Below, in pieces: positions 21,693-32,491 of a stretch of 64,000 nucleotides of DNA (positions within the stretch are counted from its first letter, which is position 1; each line of letters starts with the position of its first letter). Position numbers and translations under genes: made by a program. The notes beneath the pieces were generated by a model. The model did no database searches. It was not told the origin of the DNA and saw nothing but the letters and a program-made list of their open reading frames with translations. This DNA is from an uncultured Aliarcobacter sp. (GTDB lineage: Bacteria; Campylobacterota; Campylobacteria; Campylobacterales; Arcobacteraceae), in NCBI GenBank assembly GCA_963677435.1, contig OY781945.1, positions 2,560,001 through 2,624,000 on the forward strand, written 5' to 3'.

Positions 21693-21745
21693 TTTTACAC
21701 ATTTAATCAAATATTAGCTATTATACTGTTAAAAAAGGAGATAAG

Positions 21746-22387
21746 ATGAAAAAAAAATTAATAATTTCTTTTATTCTTATCTCTTTTTTCTCTCTTTTTT
21801 CAACTGCCTCAAAAAACTTTAACATTGACCAATCAAAATTAGATGCCATAGAAAAAAAATTTGGTGTTCAAGGAAAAAATAGAGTCGAAGCTTGGGATTC
21901 TATGATTGAATCTTCAAAAAATGAATCTATTTTAAATCAGCTCAAAAATGTAAATGATTTTTTTAATCAAATTACTTATAGATCAGATTTAAGTGTTTGG
22001 GGAGTTAAAGATTATTGGGCAACACCATTTGAATTTATGGGAATTGGCGCGGGAGATTGTGAAGATTATGCAATAGCTAAATACTTTTCTTTAATTAAAT
22101 TGGGTGTTCCAGATGAAAAACTAAGAATCACCTATGTTTCTTATAAAAAAGCAAATAGCAAATTTGAACAAGCTCATATGGTTTTAACTTATTATCATAG
22201 AGTTGGTGTTGAACCTGTTGTTTTAGATAATATCAACAAAACACTGCAAGTTGCATCAAAAAGACCTGATTTAAAGCCAGTTTATAGTTTTAATGCTTCT
22301 GGATTATGGCAAGCTAAAACAAAAGGTGAAGCAAGAGTTGGAAATAATGAACTTAGATCTTGGAAAGATTTAATGAGTAGATTTTAA
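21746..22387 (+). CDS. lapG: LapG-like periplasmic transglutaminase-like cysteine protease
   Basis: DYWATP, GDCEDYA, AHMVL, VLDN (Cys-His-Asp triad); upstream of a LapD-like gene. Confidence 0.9.
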   Translation: MKKKLIISFILISFFSLFSTASKNFNIDQSKLDAIEKKFGVQGKNRVEAWDSMIESSKNESILNQLKNVNDFFNQITYRSDLSVWGVKDYWATPFEFMGIGAGDCEDYAIAKYFSLIKLGVPDEKLRITYVSYKKANSKFEQAHMVLTYYHRVGVEPVVLDNINKTLQVASKRPDLKPVYSFNASGLWQAKTKGEARVGNNELRSWKDLMSRF

Positions 22388-22401
22388 TAAAGGAATACAA
22401 A

Positions 22402-24630
22402 ATGTCTTTGTCTAAACAGTTATATATAATCATATCAATAATATTTTTTATGATTTTTACGGGTAATTTTATTATTAGTGTTAAAAATACTAAAGAATAT
22501 TTAGAAACGGAGTCAGTAACAAAAGCTCAAGATACAGCAACTTCGTTAGGGATGAGTATAAGAAATTTATTGAAAGATAAAACTAATCCTGAGATTGAAT
22601 CAATTATAAATGCCATAGCAAATAGAGGTTTTTATAAAGAGATTAGACTAGAAAACTCTTATTTTTCTATAAATGATAGTGATTTATTAAAAAATACAAA
22701 AGATTTAGATAATGATAAATGGGAAATATCTGATGTAAAAGTTGATGAAAAAATTGGAAAAATTGATGTTTTAACTTCAGTTTCTAGTATGGAAAATGAA
22801 TTAAATGCCCTTGAAAATCCAAATGAAGTAAATACAACAAAACAAGCAGATATTCCAGAAGTTGAAAATAGTTATATTTTTACACCAAGTGAAAACTTTA
22901 AAAATGATAAGAACATAATTGTTTCTTTTACAGCTACAAATATAAATGGTAAAAAAATCAACGCAACTTCTTCTTTAGCTATTAATAATGTTTTAGTAAA
23001 AGTTTCAAGAGATGTGAAATTTGATTATATTCCACAATGGTTTATAAATCTAATTCCAATTGATTTAGCTGAACAATCAAGCGAAATAAGTGATGGTTGG
23101 CAAACAAGTGCAATTATTTATGTAAGTGCAAATCCAGGTGATGCTTATGCTAAACTTTATGACCAAGTAAAAAGTGCAAGTATTTATGCACTTATTGCCT
23201 TCTTAATTTCAATGGCTTTAATATTTATTTTTGTTCAATATATTTTAAAACCACTTAAAAAACTTGAAAAATTAGCAAATAACATAGCAAGTGGAAAGTT
23301 TGGACTTATAGAAAATCTTCCTTGGACGACAGAAATAAAAGCAGTTGCTATTGCTTTTAATGATATGTCAACAAAAATTGAAGCAATTATAAATAGATTA
23401 AACAATACCCTTGAAAGCCTAAGTAAAAAACTCTCTAGCGATGATTTAACAGGGCTTTGTCTAAAACAAAACTTTGAAACAGACATGAAAAAAATGTTTA
23501 TAAATAAATCAACTGGTTATGTTTTTATAGTTAAAATAGCTGATTTAGCCTCTTTTGCAAAATCACATACAACAAATGAAGTTGATAATTTTATTAAAAA
23601 ATTTGCAAAAATACTAAAATTTACAAAATTAAACGATGAAATGAAAATTAGTGCATATAGATTTTTTGGTTCAGAATTTGCCTTAATTATCAAAAATTCT
23701 AACTATGAAAATGCTGTACAATATGCACAATTATTAAAAAAAGAGTTTGAAGCATTAGCTGTTGAATTCAAAAAAAATGAGATTGCGCATATTGGAGGAA
23801 CTCCTTTTAATCCAATTGGAACAACTCCTGAGATTTTACAAAGTGCAACTCAAGCTAATGAAAAAGCAACTTTAATTGGGCCAAATGAATCTTTTATAAC
23901 TGATACAAATGAATTAGCAAGAGATATGGAATCGTGGAGAGATTTAATTTTTGACATAATAGATAATTCAAAATTTGATGTTAATTATATTGGAAATTGT
24001 AAAATTTTAAATTCAAATGATGACAAAGTTGTTATGCAAGAGGCATTTACAAATATTAAAGATAAAGATGGAAATAATATTCCAATAGGAACATTTGTTT
24101 CTATTGCTGAAAAATATGAAAAAATAGTTGATTTTGATAAAAAAGTTATTGAAAAAGTTGTAAATCATATTTTAATAAATAGCATTAACCATGATATTAC
24201 AATAAACTTATCACTTGAATCAATAAATAATACAGCATTCATTGCGTGGATTAAAAATAAAATTCTTGAAAGCAGAAATATTGCTCCTCAGCTTATCTTT
24301 TCAGTAACGGCTTATGCTGTTGCAAAAAATGAAGATAAGTTCAAATTCTTTGCAGATGAAATTCATAAATGTGGTGCAAAAATAATTATAAAAAGATTTG
24401 AATCTAAATTTATTCCACTTGGGAATTTAAAAGATTTTAATTTAGATTATATAAGATTAGCTAGAGATTATACTTGTGATATTTGTAAAGATTATTCAAA
24501 ACAAAGTTTTGTTGAATCAATTAGTGAATTAGCATCATTACTTAATATTAAAGTCTTAGCAGAAAATGTAAAAAATGATGAAGACATTGAATTCCTAAAA
24601 AACTACAATTTATATGCTGTAAGTAGATAA
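22402..24630 (+). CDS. lapD: LapD-like c-di-GMP receptor (periplasmic output, HAMP, degenerate GGDEF and EAL)
   Basis: MSLSKQL N-terminus, PQWF, DGWQ, HAMP, GGDEF degenerate as FGSEF, EAL as EAF. Confidence 0.88.
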   Translation: MSLSKQLYIIISIIFFMIFTGNFIISVKNTKEYLETESVTKAQDTATSLGMSIRNLLKDKTNPEIESIINAIANRGFYKEIRLENSYFSINDSDLLKNTKDLDNDKWEISDVKVDEKIGKIDVLTSVSSMENELNALENPNEVNTTKQADIPEVENSYIFTPSENFKNDKNIIVSFTATNINGKKINATSSLAINNVLVKVSRDVKFDYIPQWFINLIPIDLAEQSSEISDGWQTSAIIYVSANPGDAYAKLYDQVKSASIYALIAFLISMALIFIFVQYILKPLKKLEKLANNIASGKFGLIENLPWTTEIKAVAIAFNDMSTKIEAIINRLNNTLESLSKKLSSDDLTGLCLKQNFETDMKKMFINKSTGYVFIVKIADLASFAKSHTTNEVDNFIKKFAKILKFTKLNDEMKISAYRFFGSEFALIIKNSNYENAVQYAQLLKKEFEALAVEFKKNEIAHIGGTPFNPIGTTPEILQSATQANEKATLIGPNESFITDTNELARDMESWRDLIFDIIDNSKFDVNYIGNCKILNSNDDKVVMQEAFTNIKDKDGNNIPIGTFVSIAEKYEKIVDFDKKVIEKVVNHILINSINHDITINLSLESINNTAFIAWIKNKILESRNIAPQLIFSVTAYAVAKNEDKFKFFADEIHKCGAKIIIKRFESKFIPLGNLKDFNLDYIRLARDYTCDICKDYSKQSFVESISELASLLNIKVLAENVKNDEDIEFLKNYNLYAVSR

Positions 24631-24711
24631 TTTCTGCTTATTGCATAGCTTTATTAATATATTATTTATATAACTTTTATATAATCCTTTGTTCATTTAA
24701 AAAGGAAAATA

Positions 24712-27700
24712 ATGTTTGAAAAGATTCTAAGATTTTTTGTTGAAAATTCTCGTATGAACTATACTTTGTTCATTCTTGTATTTGCTATTGGTATTTGGTC
24801 TTATACCAAAACTCCTAAAGAGATATTTCCAAATTTTGAACTTGATATGATTTCAATTAAAGGCTCATATAGTGGAGCTAGTGTTGATATTTTAGATAAA
24901 ATGGTTGTTACAGAAATAGAAGATAATATTAAAAATATTGACTCTATTGATACCATGTCTACGATTATAAGTCCTGGTAAATTCTCTATTATTCTTGAAC
25001 TAAAAAAAGGTCATGATAAATATGTAGAAGCAGATAAAATTAAAGATGTAATAACTTTAGTTAAAACAAATCTTCCATCTGATATGGATGAACCCTCTGT
25101 AAATACCCTTGATAGAACTAGATCTTTAGTTGATATTTCAGTTACTTCTAAAAAAGTTTCAATTGATGATTTAAAACCTTTTGCCGATGATTTAAAAAGT
25201 AAACTTCTTACAATAAATGGGATAAATGAGATATCAATTTATGGAGATTCTGATAAATATTTTGAAGTATTATTAGATGAAAGAAAAATCGATGCTTTAA
25301 ATTTAAATAAAAGTGATGTATTTAATGTTATTTCAAATTTATCATATATTTTTCCTATTGGAAAAATAGAAGATCCCAAAAAACACTATTATGTATCAAC
25401 AAATAATGGAGCAAAAACAGCCCAAGAGTTTGAAAATACATTAGTTAAAATTTCAGGAAAAACTCTTTATATAAAAGATATTGCAACTATTGGAAAAAAA
25501 TATGAAGATTCTTCAACTTTATACTCATTTAATGGGAAAAATTCCTTATCTCTTCAAGTTGTACAATCAGATACATCAGATGCTATAAAAATTGTAAGTG
25601 AAATTAAAAAAATTTTACCAGATATTAGGGCTAAAAATCCTGACATTGATATTTCAATTGCAGATGATAATAGCGAAAGAATCGTTGATAGGTTAAATGT
25701 TGTTACTTCAAATATTATGTTAGGAATTATTTTAATTACAATAATAGTTGCTCTTTTAATAAATCTAAGAATGTCTTTTATCATTATTGTTGGAATTCCA
25801 ACATCATTTGTACTTGCAGCTATTTATTTCTATCTTTCTGGATATACAATAAATATGATTTCTCTAGTAGGTGTTTTAATAGCCATAGGAATAGTTGTAG
25901 ATGATGCGATAGTTGTGAGTGAAAATATACAACAACACATAGAAGATGGCTATCCGCCCAAAGAAGCTGCTATTATGGGTGCAAAAGAGATGGTTGAACC
26001 AGTAACCATAGCTTCTCTTACTACGCTGTTCTCATTTTTACCAATTTTAATGATTAGTGGAACGATGGGTGAGGTTATGAGATTAATTCCAATTGCCTTA
26101 AGTGCTTTGGTTGTGGCTTCGTTAATTGAGTCATTTATTTTTCTTCCAATTCACGCAGCACATACTTTAAAAACTGACGATAAAGTAACTTCATGGGAAA
26201 AAGCAAATGAAATTTACAATAAAATCATACATTTTTTCATGAATTGGAAAAAGACTTTTATTGTGATTTTTTTAATAATGGTTCCTGTTTTAACCTTTGA
26301 GTTTATAAGTAATTCAAGATTTCAAATGTTTCCAAAATTTGACTCAACTGATGTAAAAATCACTATAAAAGCGAATGCAAATACAACTCTTGAACAAGCC
26401 TTTGAAATAGTAAGTTCAATAGAATCTGATTTAATAAAAAAAAGTGATGAGTTTTATATTAGAAATATAAGTTCAGTTGCAGGTTATAGAAAAGATGTTG
26501 GAAATAATACAGAAAATTTTCCATATGCTATGTATATGACAGTTGAATTACAAAAAGCAAAGGCAATGAATTTCTTGGATAAATATGTAACTCCATTTTT
26601 AAGCTTCCATTATGATGAAGAAGGAAGAACAAGAGACATAAAATCTGACCAAGTATCTACAAAATTAAAAGAATTTTTAGTACAAAATGATTATAAGAAA
26701 AAATTCAATCTTGATGAGATTGAAGTATTAGAGAAAAAAGTTGGACCTATTAAATCAGATATTCAAATAGGAATTGTAACTGCCAATAATCAAAAAGCAA
26801 TAATAGCAGTTCAAGAACTAGATAGTGAACTAAAAAAAATAACAGGAATTAAATCATCTTCAAACTCTTTAAAATTTGGTATTGATGAGATAAAAATAAA
26901 AGTTAACTCTTATGGTGAAGAGTTAGGACTTACTGAGTCATTTATTGGGAATTATCTTTCAAATTTATATCTTCTAAAGAAAAAGGCTGTATCTTTTGAT
27001 GAAAAAGAGATGTTAGATATAAAAATAAAATCACAAAACAAAGATGATTTTGAAAGTTTCAAAAATACAAAAATTCCACTTTCTGATGGCACTTATGTAG
27101 CTTTGTATGAAGTTGTAGATTTAAATACAGTAAAAGCTTTTGAGCAACTTCTAAAAGATAATGGAATTAAAAATTTCTATGTCTTTGCAAATGTAAATCC
27201 AGATGTTATAACAGCTACTGAGGTTCTAAATAAACTAAAACCTACTTTAGAGAAAATAGAAAAAGATGGAGTTAAAATTGTACTAAAAGGAGAAGCTGAG
27301 AAAAATGCAGAACTAGGCCGTGATATGTTACTTGCAACTGCTTTTGCCCTTGTTTTAATAATGCTTTCTATGCTTTATTTATTTAACTCATTTAGAGAAA
27401 CTTTTATTGTAATGAGTGTTATTCCTTTTTCAATTTTAGGAGTTTTAATAGGTCATCAAGTTATGGGATTAAATCTATCAATGCCTTCACTAATTGGAGC
27501 ATTAGGACTTTCAGGAGTTGTTATTAATGATGGAATTATTATGATGACTTATCTGAAAAAAGCAAAAACTTTAGATGAAATATTTCAAAGAGCCACAAAA
27601 AGATTTAGACCTATTATAATTACCACTGTAACTACAGTTATTGGGATGTTAACTTTGATTTTATTTCCAAGTGGAGAGTCTGTAATTTTCCAACCAATTG

Positions 27701-27807
27701 CAATTGCTCTAGGATTTGGACTTGCTTGGGGAACTGTTTTAAATCTTATTTATCTACCTATTTTATATACCTTAACTCACAAACTTAGAAAAATGCCTAA
27801 AGAGTAA
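24712..27807 (+). CDS. RND-family transporter permease
   Basis: 1031 aa; GIVVDDAIVVSENI, GVVINDG, RFRPI. Confidence 0.93.
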   Translation: MFEKILRFFVENSRMNYTLFILVFAIGIWSYTKTPKEIFPNFELDMISIKGSYSGASVDILDKMVVTEIEDNIKNIDSIDTMSTIISPGKFSIILELKKGHDKYVEADKIKDVITLVKTNLPSDMDEPSVNTLDRTRSLVDISVTSKKVSIDDLKPFADDLKSKLLTINGINEISIYGDSDKYFEVLLDERKIDALNLNKSDVFNVISNLSYIFPIGKIEDPKKHYYVSTNNGAKTAQEFENTLVKISGKTLYIKDIATIGKKYEDSSTLYSFNGKNSLSLQVVQSDTSDAIKIVSEIKKILPDIRAKNPDIDISIADDNSERIVDRLNVVTSNIMLGIILITIIVALLINLRMSFIIIVGIPTSFVLAAIYFYLSGYTINMISLVGVLIAIGIVVDDAIVVSENIQQHIEDGYPPKEAAIMGAKEMVEPVTIASLTTLFSFLPILMISGTMGEVMRLIPIALSALVVASLIESFIFLPIHAAHTLKTDDKVTSWEKANEIYNKIIHFFMNWKKTFIVIFLIMVPVLTFEFISNSRFQMFPKFDSTDVKITIKANANTTLEQAFEIVSSIESDLIKKSDEFYIRNISSVAGYRKDVGNNTENFPYAMYMTVELQKAKAMNFLDKYVTPFLSFHYDEEGRTRDIKSDQVSTKLKEFLVQNDYKKKFNLDEIEVLEKKVGPIKSDIQIGIVTANNQKAIIAVQELDSELKKITGIKSSSNSLKFGIDEIKIKVNSYGEELGLTESFIGNYLSNLYLLKKKAVSFDEKEMLDIKIKSQNKDDFESFKNTKIPLSDGTYVALYEVVDLNTVKAFEQLLKDNGIKNFYVFANVNPDVITATEVLNKLKPTLEKIEKDGVKIVLKGEAEKNAELGRDMLLATAFALVLIMLSMLYLFNSFRETFIVMSVIPFSILGVLIGHQVMGLNLSMPSLIGALGLSGVVINDGIIMMTYLKKAKTLDEIFQRATKRFRPIIITTVTTVIGMLTLILFPSGESVIFQPIAIALGFGLAWGTVLNLIYLPILYTLTHKLRKMPKE

Positions 27808-27835
27808 ATCTTTAGGTATTTTTTATAGTATAAAA
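27758..27835 (+). repeat. 78-bp direct repeat, copy 1
   Basis: Identical to 31527-31604 by base-by-base comparison. Confidence 0.97.
27789..27823. terminator. Bidirectional intrinsic terminator inside the direct repeat
   Basis: aaaaatgcctaaaga-gtaaa-tctttaggtattttt hairpin between convergent genes. Confidence 0.75.
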
Positions 27836-27839
27836 GTAT

Positions 27840-28550
27840 TTATTTTTTAACTCCTACAATAATCCATTCATCATAAGAAAAGTCTATTGATTCATCAGTA
27901 AAAACTGTAGTATTACTGTGTTTATTAATTAATTTAATATCTAAGAAGTCAAAGAATTCAAATAATTCATCATATTCTGTAAAATGAACAATATCAATAT
28001 TCTTAAAATCACCAACATTAAAATTTGTAAAAGTATTTTTTTCGACTTTTAGGGCCATTTCAGCATCATTATTAGCTTTTTTACACCATCTATCATCACT
28101 TGTATACATAAATGATATTACGATTCCACCAGTTTTTAAAACCCTATTTGCTTCGTTCCAACTTTGTTTTATACTAGAAAATGTACCACAGCACATAGCT
28201 TCTCTATCTACTATTAAATCAAACATTTCATTTTCAAAGGGTAAATCTTGAAAATATGATTTCTTTATAATTGCTTTTACTTTTTGACTTAACAAAAATT
28301 CATTTGCTATTTTACAAGCACTTTCACTTCCATCAATTCCATAAACATCATATCCCTGCTCAGACATAAACTTAATATTATTAGCAGTTCCACATCCAAG
28401 TTCAAGAATTTTAATATCTTTTTTCTCTTTCTCTTGTGGTAAAAATTTTAATGAATTAAAAAATATTGAAATAAACTCTCCAAATGGATATTTATTAACT
28501 TGTTTATTTTGAGAATAAACTTCTTTTTCCCACTTAACATTTAATGACAT
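27840..28550 (-). CDS. Class I SAM-dependent methyltransferase
   Basis: LELGCGTANN, GIDGS, LPFENEMFD, LKTGG; resembles methyltransferases of glycan loci. Confidence 0.9.
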   Translation of the reverse strand: MSLNVKWEKEVYSQNKQVNKYPFGEFISIFFNSLKFLPQEKEKKDIKILELGCGTANNIKFMSEQGYDVYGIDGSESACKIANEFLLSQKVKAIIKKSYFQDLPFENEMFDLIVDREAMCCGTFSSIKQSWNEANRVLKTGGIVISFMYTSDDRWCKKANNDAEMALKVEKNTFTNFNVGDFKNIDIVHFTEYDELFEFFDFLDIKLINKHSNTTVFTDESIDFSYDEWIIVGVKK

Positions 28551-28623
28551 TTCTTCTCTCTTATTTTGAATTTAAAATTTTTATTGTATTACGACTTCTT
28601 CTTTTGTCAAATTTACATATATT

Positions 28624-29511
28624 TTACTCATATATCTTAATATTATCAACTAATTTTAAAGGTCTTTCATTTTCTTGCAGATATGAATTTATAACTGCTA
28701 AGTCCTGAGTATATAAATTTGATACTATTTCAAAATCAGTTTTTGATATTAATAATTCATATTTAGCTGTTGGATTAATATAAATTAAAGTGTTACTTAC
28801 TAAAGTTGAAATTACTCTACTTCTAAAAAAATAATTTATATACTTTATAAAAGAAAGTTCTTTTTTACTTAATGAACGATTGACCCTTTTATTTTCCATT
28901 CTAAAGTTATTACAATCTTCGATATTTAATATATTTTGAAGAAAATCTAAAAATATATTATCTTTTACTAAATCATAATTCTTAACCATTATATTACTAT
29001 AGCCAAAAATTTCATCAATTTTTTCAATTGTTTCTCTAAATTTATTTCTATAACTTTTTAAAAATATATCTAAATTTTTAGTATTACCATGTCTTTTAAT
29101 TGTCTGTTGATAAGAAGATACGAGATTATCTACAATTGCACGTACATAATAGATAATTTTAATTTGATATCCAAGAACAAAAGCTATATTTTTACATATC
29201 AGAATTTTATCATAATCAAATGATTGTATTATTTCACTTGATAATAAAATATTTTTTCCTTCTGCCATTAAAATATGACCTTTTATAATTCCTTCAATCA
29301 TTTTATTATCTGATGTTTTTTCTCTAAGTAAAAAAGCTAAATCAACTGCATTTCCGGAAGTTATTTTAAAATTCTTTGCTTGTTTATCATTTTTGGATAT
29401 TGGATAATATATATTATATTTTTCTAATACATCTTTATTTATTGCAAATTGAGACTGAAGGGAAGAGGTACCCGTCTTACCTGCCCCAATATGTAAATAC
29501 ATTATTTTCAT
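28624..29511 (-). CDS. Sulfotransferase-fold protein
   Basis: HIGAGKTGTSSLQ (5'-PSB-like loop), LLSSE, YVR, NRSL. Confidence 0.8.
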   Translation of the reverse strand: MKIMYLHIGAGKTGTSSLQSQFAINKDVLEKYNIYYPISKNDKQAKNFKITSGNAVDLAFLLREKTSDNKMIEGIIKGHILMAEGKNILLSSEIIQSFDYDKILICKNIAFVLGYQIKIIYYVRAIVDNLVSSYQQTIKRHGNTKNLDIFLKSYRNKFRETIEKIDEIFGYSNIMVKNYDLVKDNIFLDFLQNILNIEDCNNFRMENKRVNRSLSKKELSFIKYINYFFRSRVISTLVSNTLIYINPTAKYELLISKTDFEIVSNLYTQDLAVINSYLQENERPLKLVDNIKIYE

Positions 29512-31322
29512 TTATTCTGCACCTTTTCAAAAAAATCATCAATAGTTAATTTTTTATACTCTAAATTATTACTTTGAATAGTATTAAGAGTACTCTTCCC
29601 CTTACTTTTATGTAAAAAATTAATGACCTCAATAAAAGAAAAGAAATAGTTTGCGTTATCTCCATATCCTTCCCAATTTGGTTCATCGTCTAAAATTACA
29701 CAAATAAGTACTTTACCTAAAGTTAAAGCTTCAAATCCAATTGCAGATAATTTTGTTATAACAATAGTAGATATATTTAAAAAATGGAAAATAGGTAAAT
29801 CAGGAGTAAATAAATAAATATTACTAATTCCAGAAAGATGATTTTTTAAATACTCAAATTGCTGAAACCTAGGATGAGGCTTAATTATAAAGGCATAATT
29901 AATAAATTCTATTGCAAGAAGTTTTATATTATAAATAAAAATTTCGATTTCTTGAATATGAATAATACCTCTAATTCGAACATTAATATCAATAAATACA
30001 TATTCTAAATAATCATTTTTTATATATAGTAATTTCATTGAATCATTTTGAGTATATTGATTCTTTAGTTTTAACATATTTTTTTTTATATTCAATTCTG
30101 GAATTAGTAATAATTTGTTAGGCTCATATCCTTGATATAAACATGCTTCTTTATCTTTTTGTTCAAATAATATTTTATAATCCATTAAATTTAAATTATC
30201 TGCAAGGAAAGGGTAATATTTAAATTCTGAATTAATATCAAATATAAAACTTGTTATGTAACTATATTTACTATTTATAATATCTACAGCAATTTTTCCT
30301 GCGGGGAGTGAGACACCACCCCATAACTTCCATGCGGATAAAGTATTTTTTGAAAAAAATCGATTTAATGCTTTTTTATATCTGATGTTAAACCCATATT
30401 GAACTATAATTTCATAGTGAATCACATTATTAATTTGATTCTTTATTGAAAGGGGTAAGTGATTAAAAAATAAGTTGAATTTATTTTGGTTTGTTTTATA
30501 GATTAATAAATACTTTATTGTGGATAAAAATGAATAGAAAAAATCTAACACTGTCATATAATGTTCTAATATATAAGGTTTTTCTTGTATTAATTTTTCA
30601 TTTGTAATATTTATTCCATTTGTAATAAATTTACATTTATAATCACTATTTTGTTCTATAGTATCTGTAAAATATTTGAAACTATCATAAAATTTATGCA
30701 TATTTGAAGCAACATGTACAAATACAGTTTTTTTATACTCATTATATTTATTTTTTTTATACTTAATATTTAAAAGCAAAAAACTAAGGAAATAATACAT
30801 CCCCTTAAAATATCTTTTAAAATCTATTCGAATACATTCTTTAAAATAATTATATTTATTAGTAATATAAATTAAATATTCAATTTTATTTTCTATTAAA
30901 ATATCTTTTATAAATTTATTTTCTTTATAATAAAAACTTGAAGTATAATTTTCAACTAAATCAATCTTATAATCTGAGATAATTTTGTCAAATGATAATT
31001 TAAACAATACTATATCTAAAATAGATTGATTATTACCTCCTTCTATTTGTCCTTGTACATAAATCAATTTTTCGTTAATCACTAACTTTAGAAATTCATT
31101 TGCTCTAGTAATAATATCAATTGTTTGTTCAGATGATTCAAATACAGTATGCATTTCTTCAAGATAGAAGACTTTTTTTACATTAGAATGGTCTTTATAT
31201 TTTTCTAAAATTTCTAAATTATAAGAAGTAATATATATAGTTTTATCTTTTAATGAAGCTATTTTTTTATCTAAATTATTGTTATCCTCATTTATTATAA
31301 GAAGTATATTATTATTCAACAA
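29508..31322 (-). CDS. Putative surface-carbohydrate biosynthesis protein (GT-B-like C-terminal domain)
   Basis: IKPHP and ITKLSAIGFEALTLGK motifs as in capsule/sialyl/glycerophosphate transferase-like proteins; very AT-rich. Confidence 0.6.
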   Translation of the reverse strand: MLNNNILLIINEDNNNLDKKIASLKDKTIYITSYNLEILEKYKDHSNVKKVFYLEEMHTVFESSEQTIDIITRANEFLKLVINEKLIYVQGQIEGGNNQSILDIVLFKLSFDKIISDYKIDLVENYTSSFYYKENKFIKDILIENKIEYLIYITNKYNYFKECIRIDFKRYFKGMYYFLSFLLLNIKYKKNKYNEYKKTVFVHVASNMHKFYDSFKYFTDTIEQNSDYKCKFITNGINITNEKLIQEKPYILEHYMTVLDFFYSFLSTIKYLLIYKTNQNKFNLFFNHLPLSIKNQINNVIHYEIIVQYGFNIRYKKALNRFFSKNTLSAWKLWGGVSLPAGKIAVDIINSKYSYITSFIFDINSEFKYYPFLADNLNLMDYKILFEQKDKEACLYQGYEPNKLLLIPELNIKKNMLKLKNQYTQNDSMKLLYIKNDYLEYVFIDINVRIRGIIHIQEIEIFIYNIKLLAIEFINYAFIIKPHPRFQQFEYLKNHLSGISNIYLFTPDLPIFHFLNISTIVITKLSAIGFEALTLGKVLICVILDDEPNWEGYGDNANYFFSFIEVINFLHKSKGKSTLNTIQSNNLEYKKLTIDDFFEKVQNK

Positions 31323-31526
31323 TTATCCTAGGTATTGAAGTACTCTTCTAAATTTACAATATCTAACAGCAGTATTTTATTTTATAGATATTAATAATTT
31401 TATCTAACTTACTCTGTGCAGTATATTAAAAATCCATTTTTAAATTTTTATACCTAATTATCTTTTTTCAAAAAACTACTTTTTAAATTTAAGTATAAGT
31501 ATAATACGAAATTTATTTTAGTATAA

Positions 31527-31604
31527 CTATTTTATATACCTTAACTCACAAACTTAGAAAAATGCCTAAAGAGTAAATCTTTAGGTATTTTTTATAGTAT
31601 AAAA
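31527..31604 (+). repeat. 78-bp direct repeat, copy 2
   Basis: Identical to 27758-27835. Confidence 0.97.
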
Positions 31605-32353
31605 ACAAAACCAGTAAGTGCAGAAACACTCATTTCATAAGGTTCAACATTTATTTTTTTTAGTGTATATTCTACATTTGTAATAATTTTTGAAATAATA
31701 ATCTCAAATGAGAAGTTTGAATGATCATACACACTCTCTTTTTTTGATTTGATATACTCTAAATTATTTATGATATTATAATCACCATTGTATTTTTTTG
31801 CTAATTCCATTTGCCAATTATTTTGCCAAGTATTAAAAAGATATTCACCTTTATAATTTTTATCAACTCTAATTTTCCATCTAACAACTTGAAGATATTC
31901 GTATAAATTTTGTAATTCATATTTATCATATTCCATTGCTGTAAATTGATGTTCACTATCCATACTATAAGCTTTGAAAATAAGTTTATAAAGTCCAATT
32001 ATTAAAAAGTCATTTCTATTTTTTATATTTTCTTTTGAAAAAGCATAATAAAAATATTGATTATAAGCATTTAATTTTTTGCCATCTTTTAATAAATTTA
32101 TATAATCTTGATTTATCATAATTTGATGTTCTAAACTACTTTGAATCTGTTTATTATAAGCAAATGGATTTCTTAAATTTAATTTATTTTTATACTCTAA
32201 CAAAGATTTTAAAATCTCTTTTTTATACTCTTCTATTTGTGTTGCAGAATTTGTCTGAGCGATACTTTCTATTTTTTGAGTTGGCATAGTACATGATTGA
32301 AATAGAGTTGATAAACAGATTAGAAAAATGATTTGAACTTTTTTGAATTTCAT
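31592..32353 (-). CDS. Hypothetical lipoprotein
   Basis: Lipobox FQSC after a basic/hydrophobic leader; FNTWQNNWQ. Confidence 0.75.
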   Translation of the reverse strand: MKFKKVQIIFLICLSTLFQSCTMPTQKIESIAQTNSATQIEEYKKEILKSLLEYKNKLNLRNPFAYNKQIQSSLEHQIMINQDYINLLKDGKKLNAYNQYFYYAFSKENIKNRNDFLIIGLYKLIFKAYSMDSEHQFTAMEYDKYELQNLYEYLQVVRWKIRVDKNYKGEYLFNTWQNNWQMELAKKYNGDYNIINNLEYIKSKKESVYDHSNFSFEIIISKIITNVEYTLKKINVEPYEMSVSALTGFVFIL

Positions 32354-32491
32354 AATTTACTTTATTAATTTTATTTTTATTACTTTGTTTTTTATTATAT
32401 AAAAAAATATCCATTTTTCAAACAAAAAAATAGCTTATTTGATATTTTATTTTTAATACAATATAGTTCATAAATTAAAATAAGGGATAAT

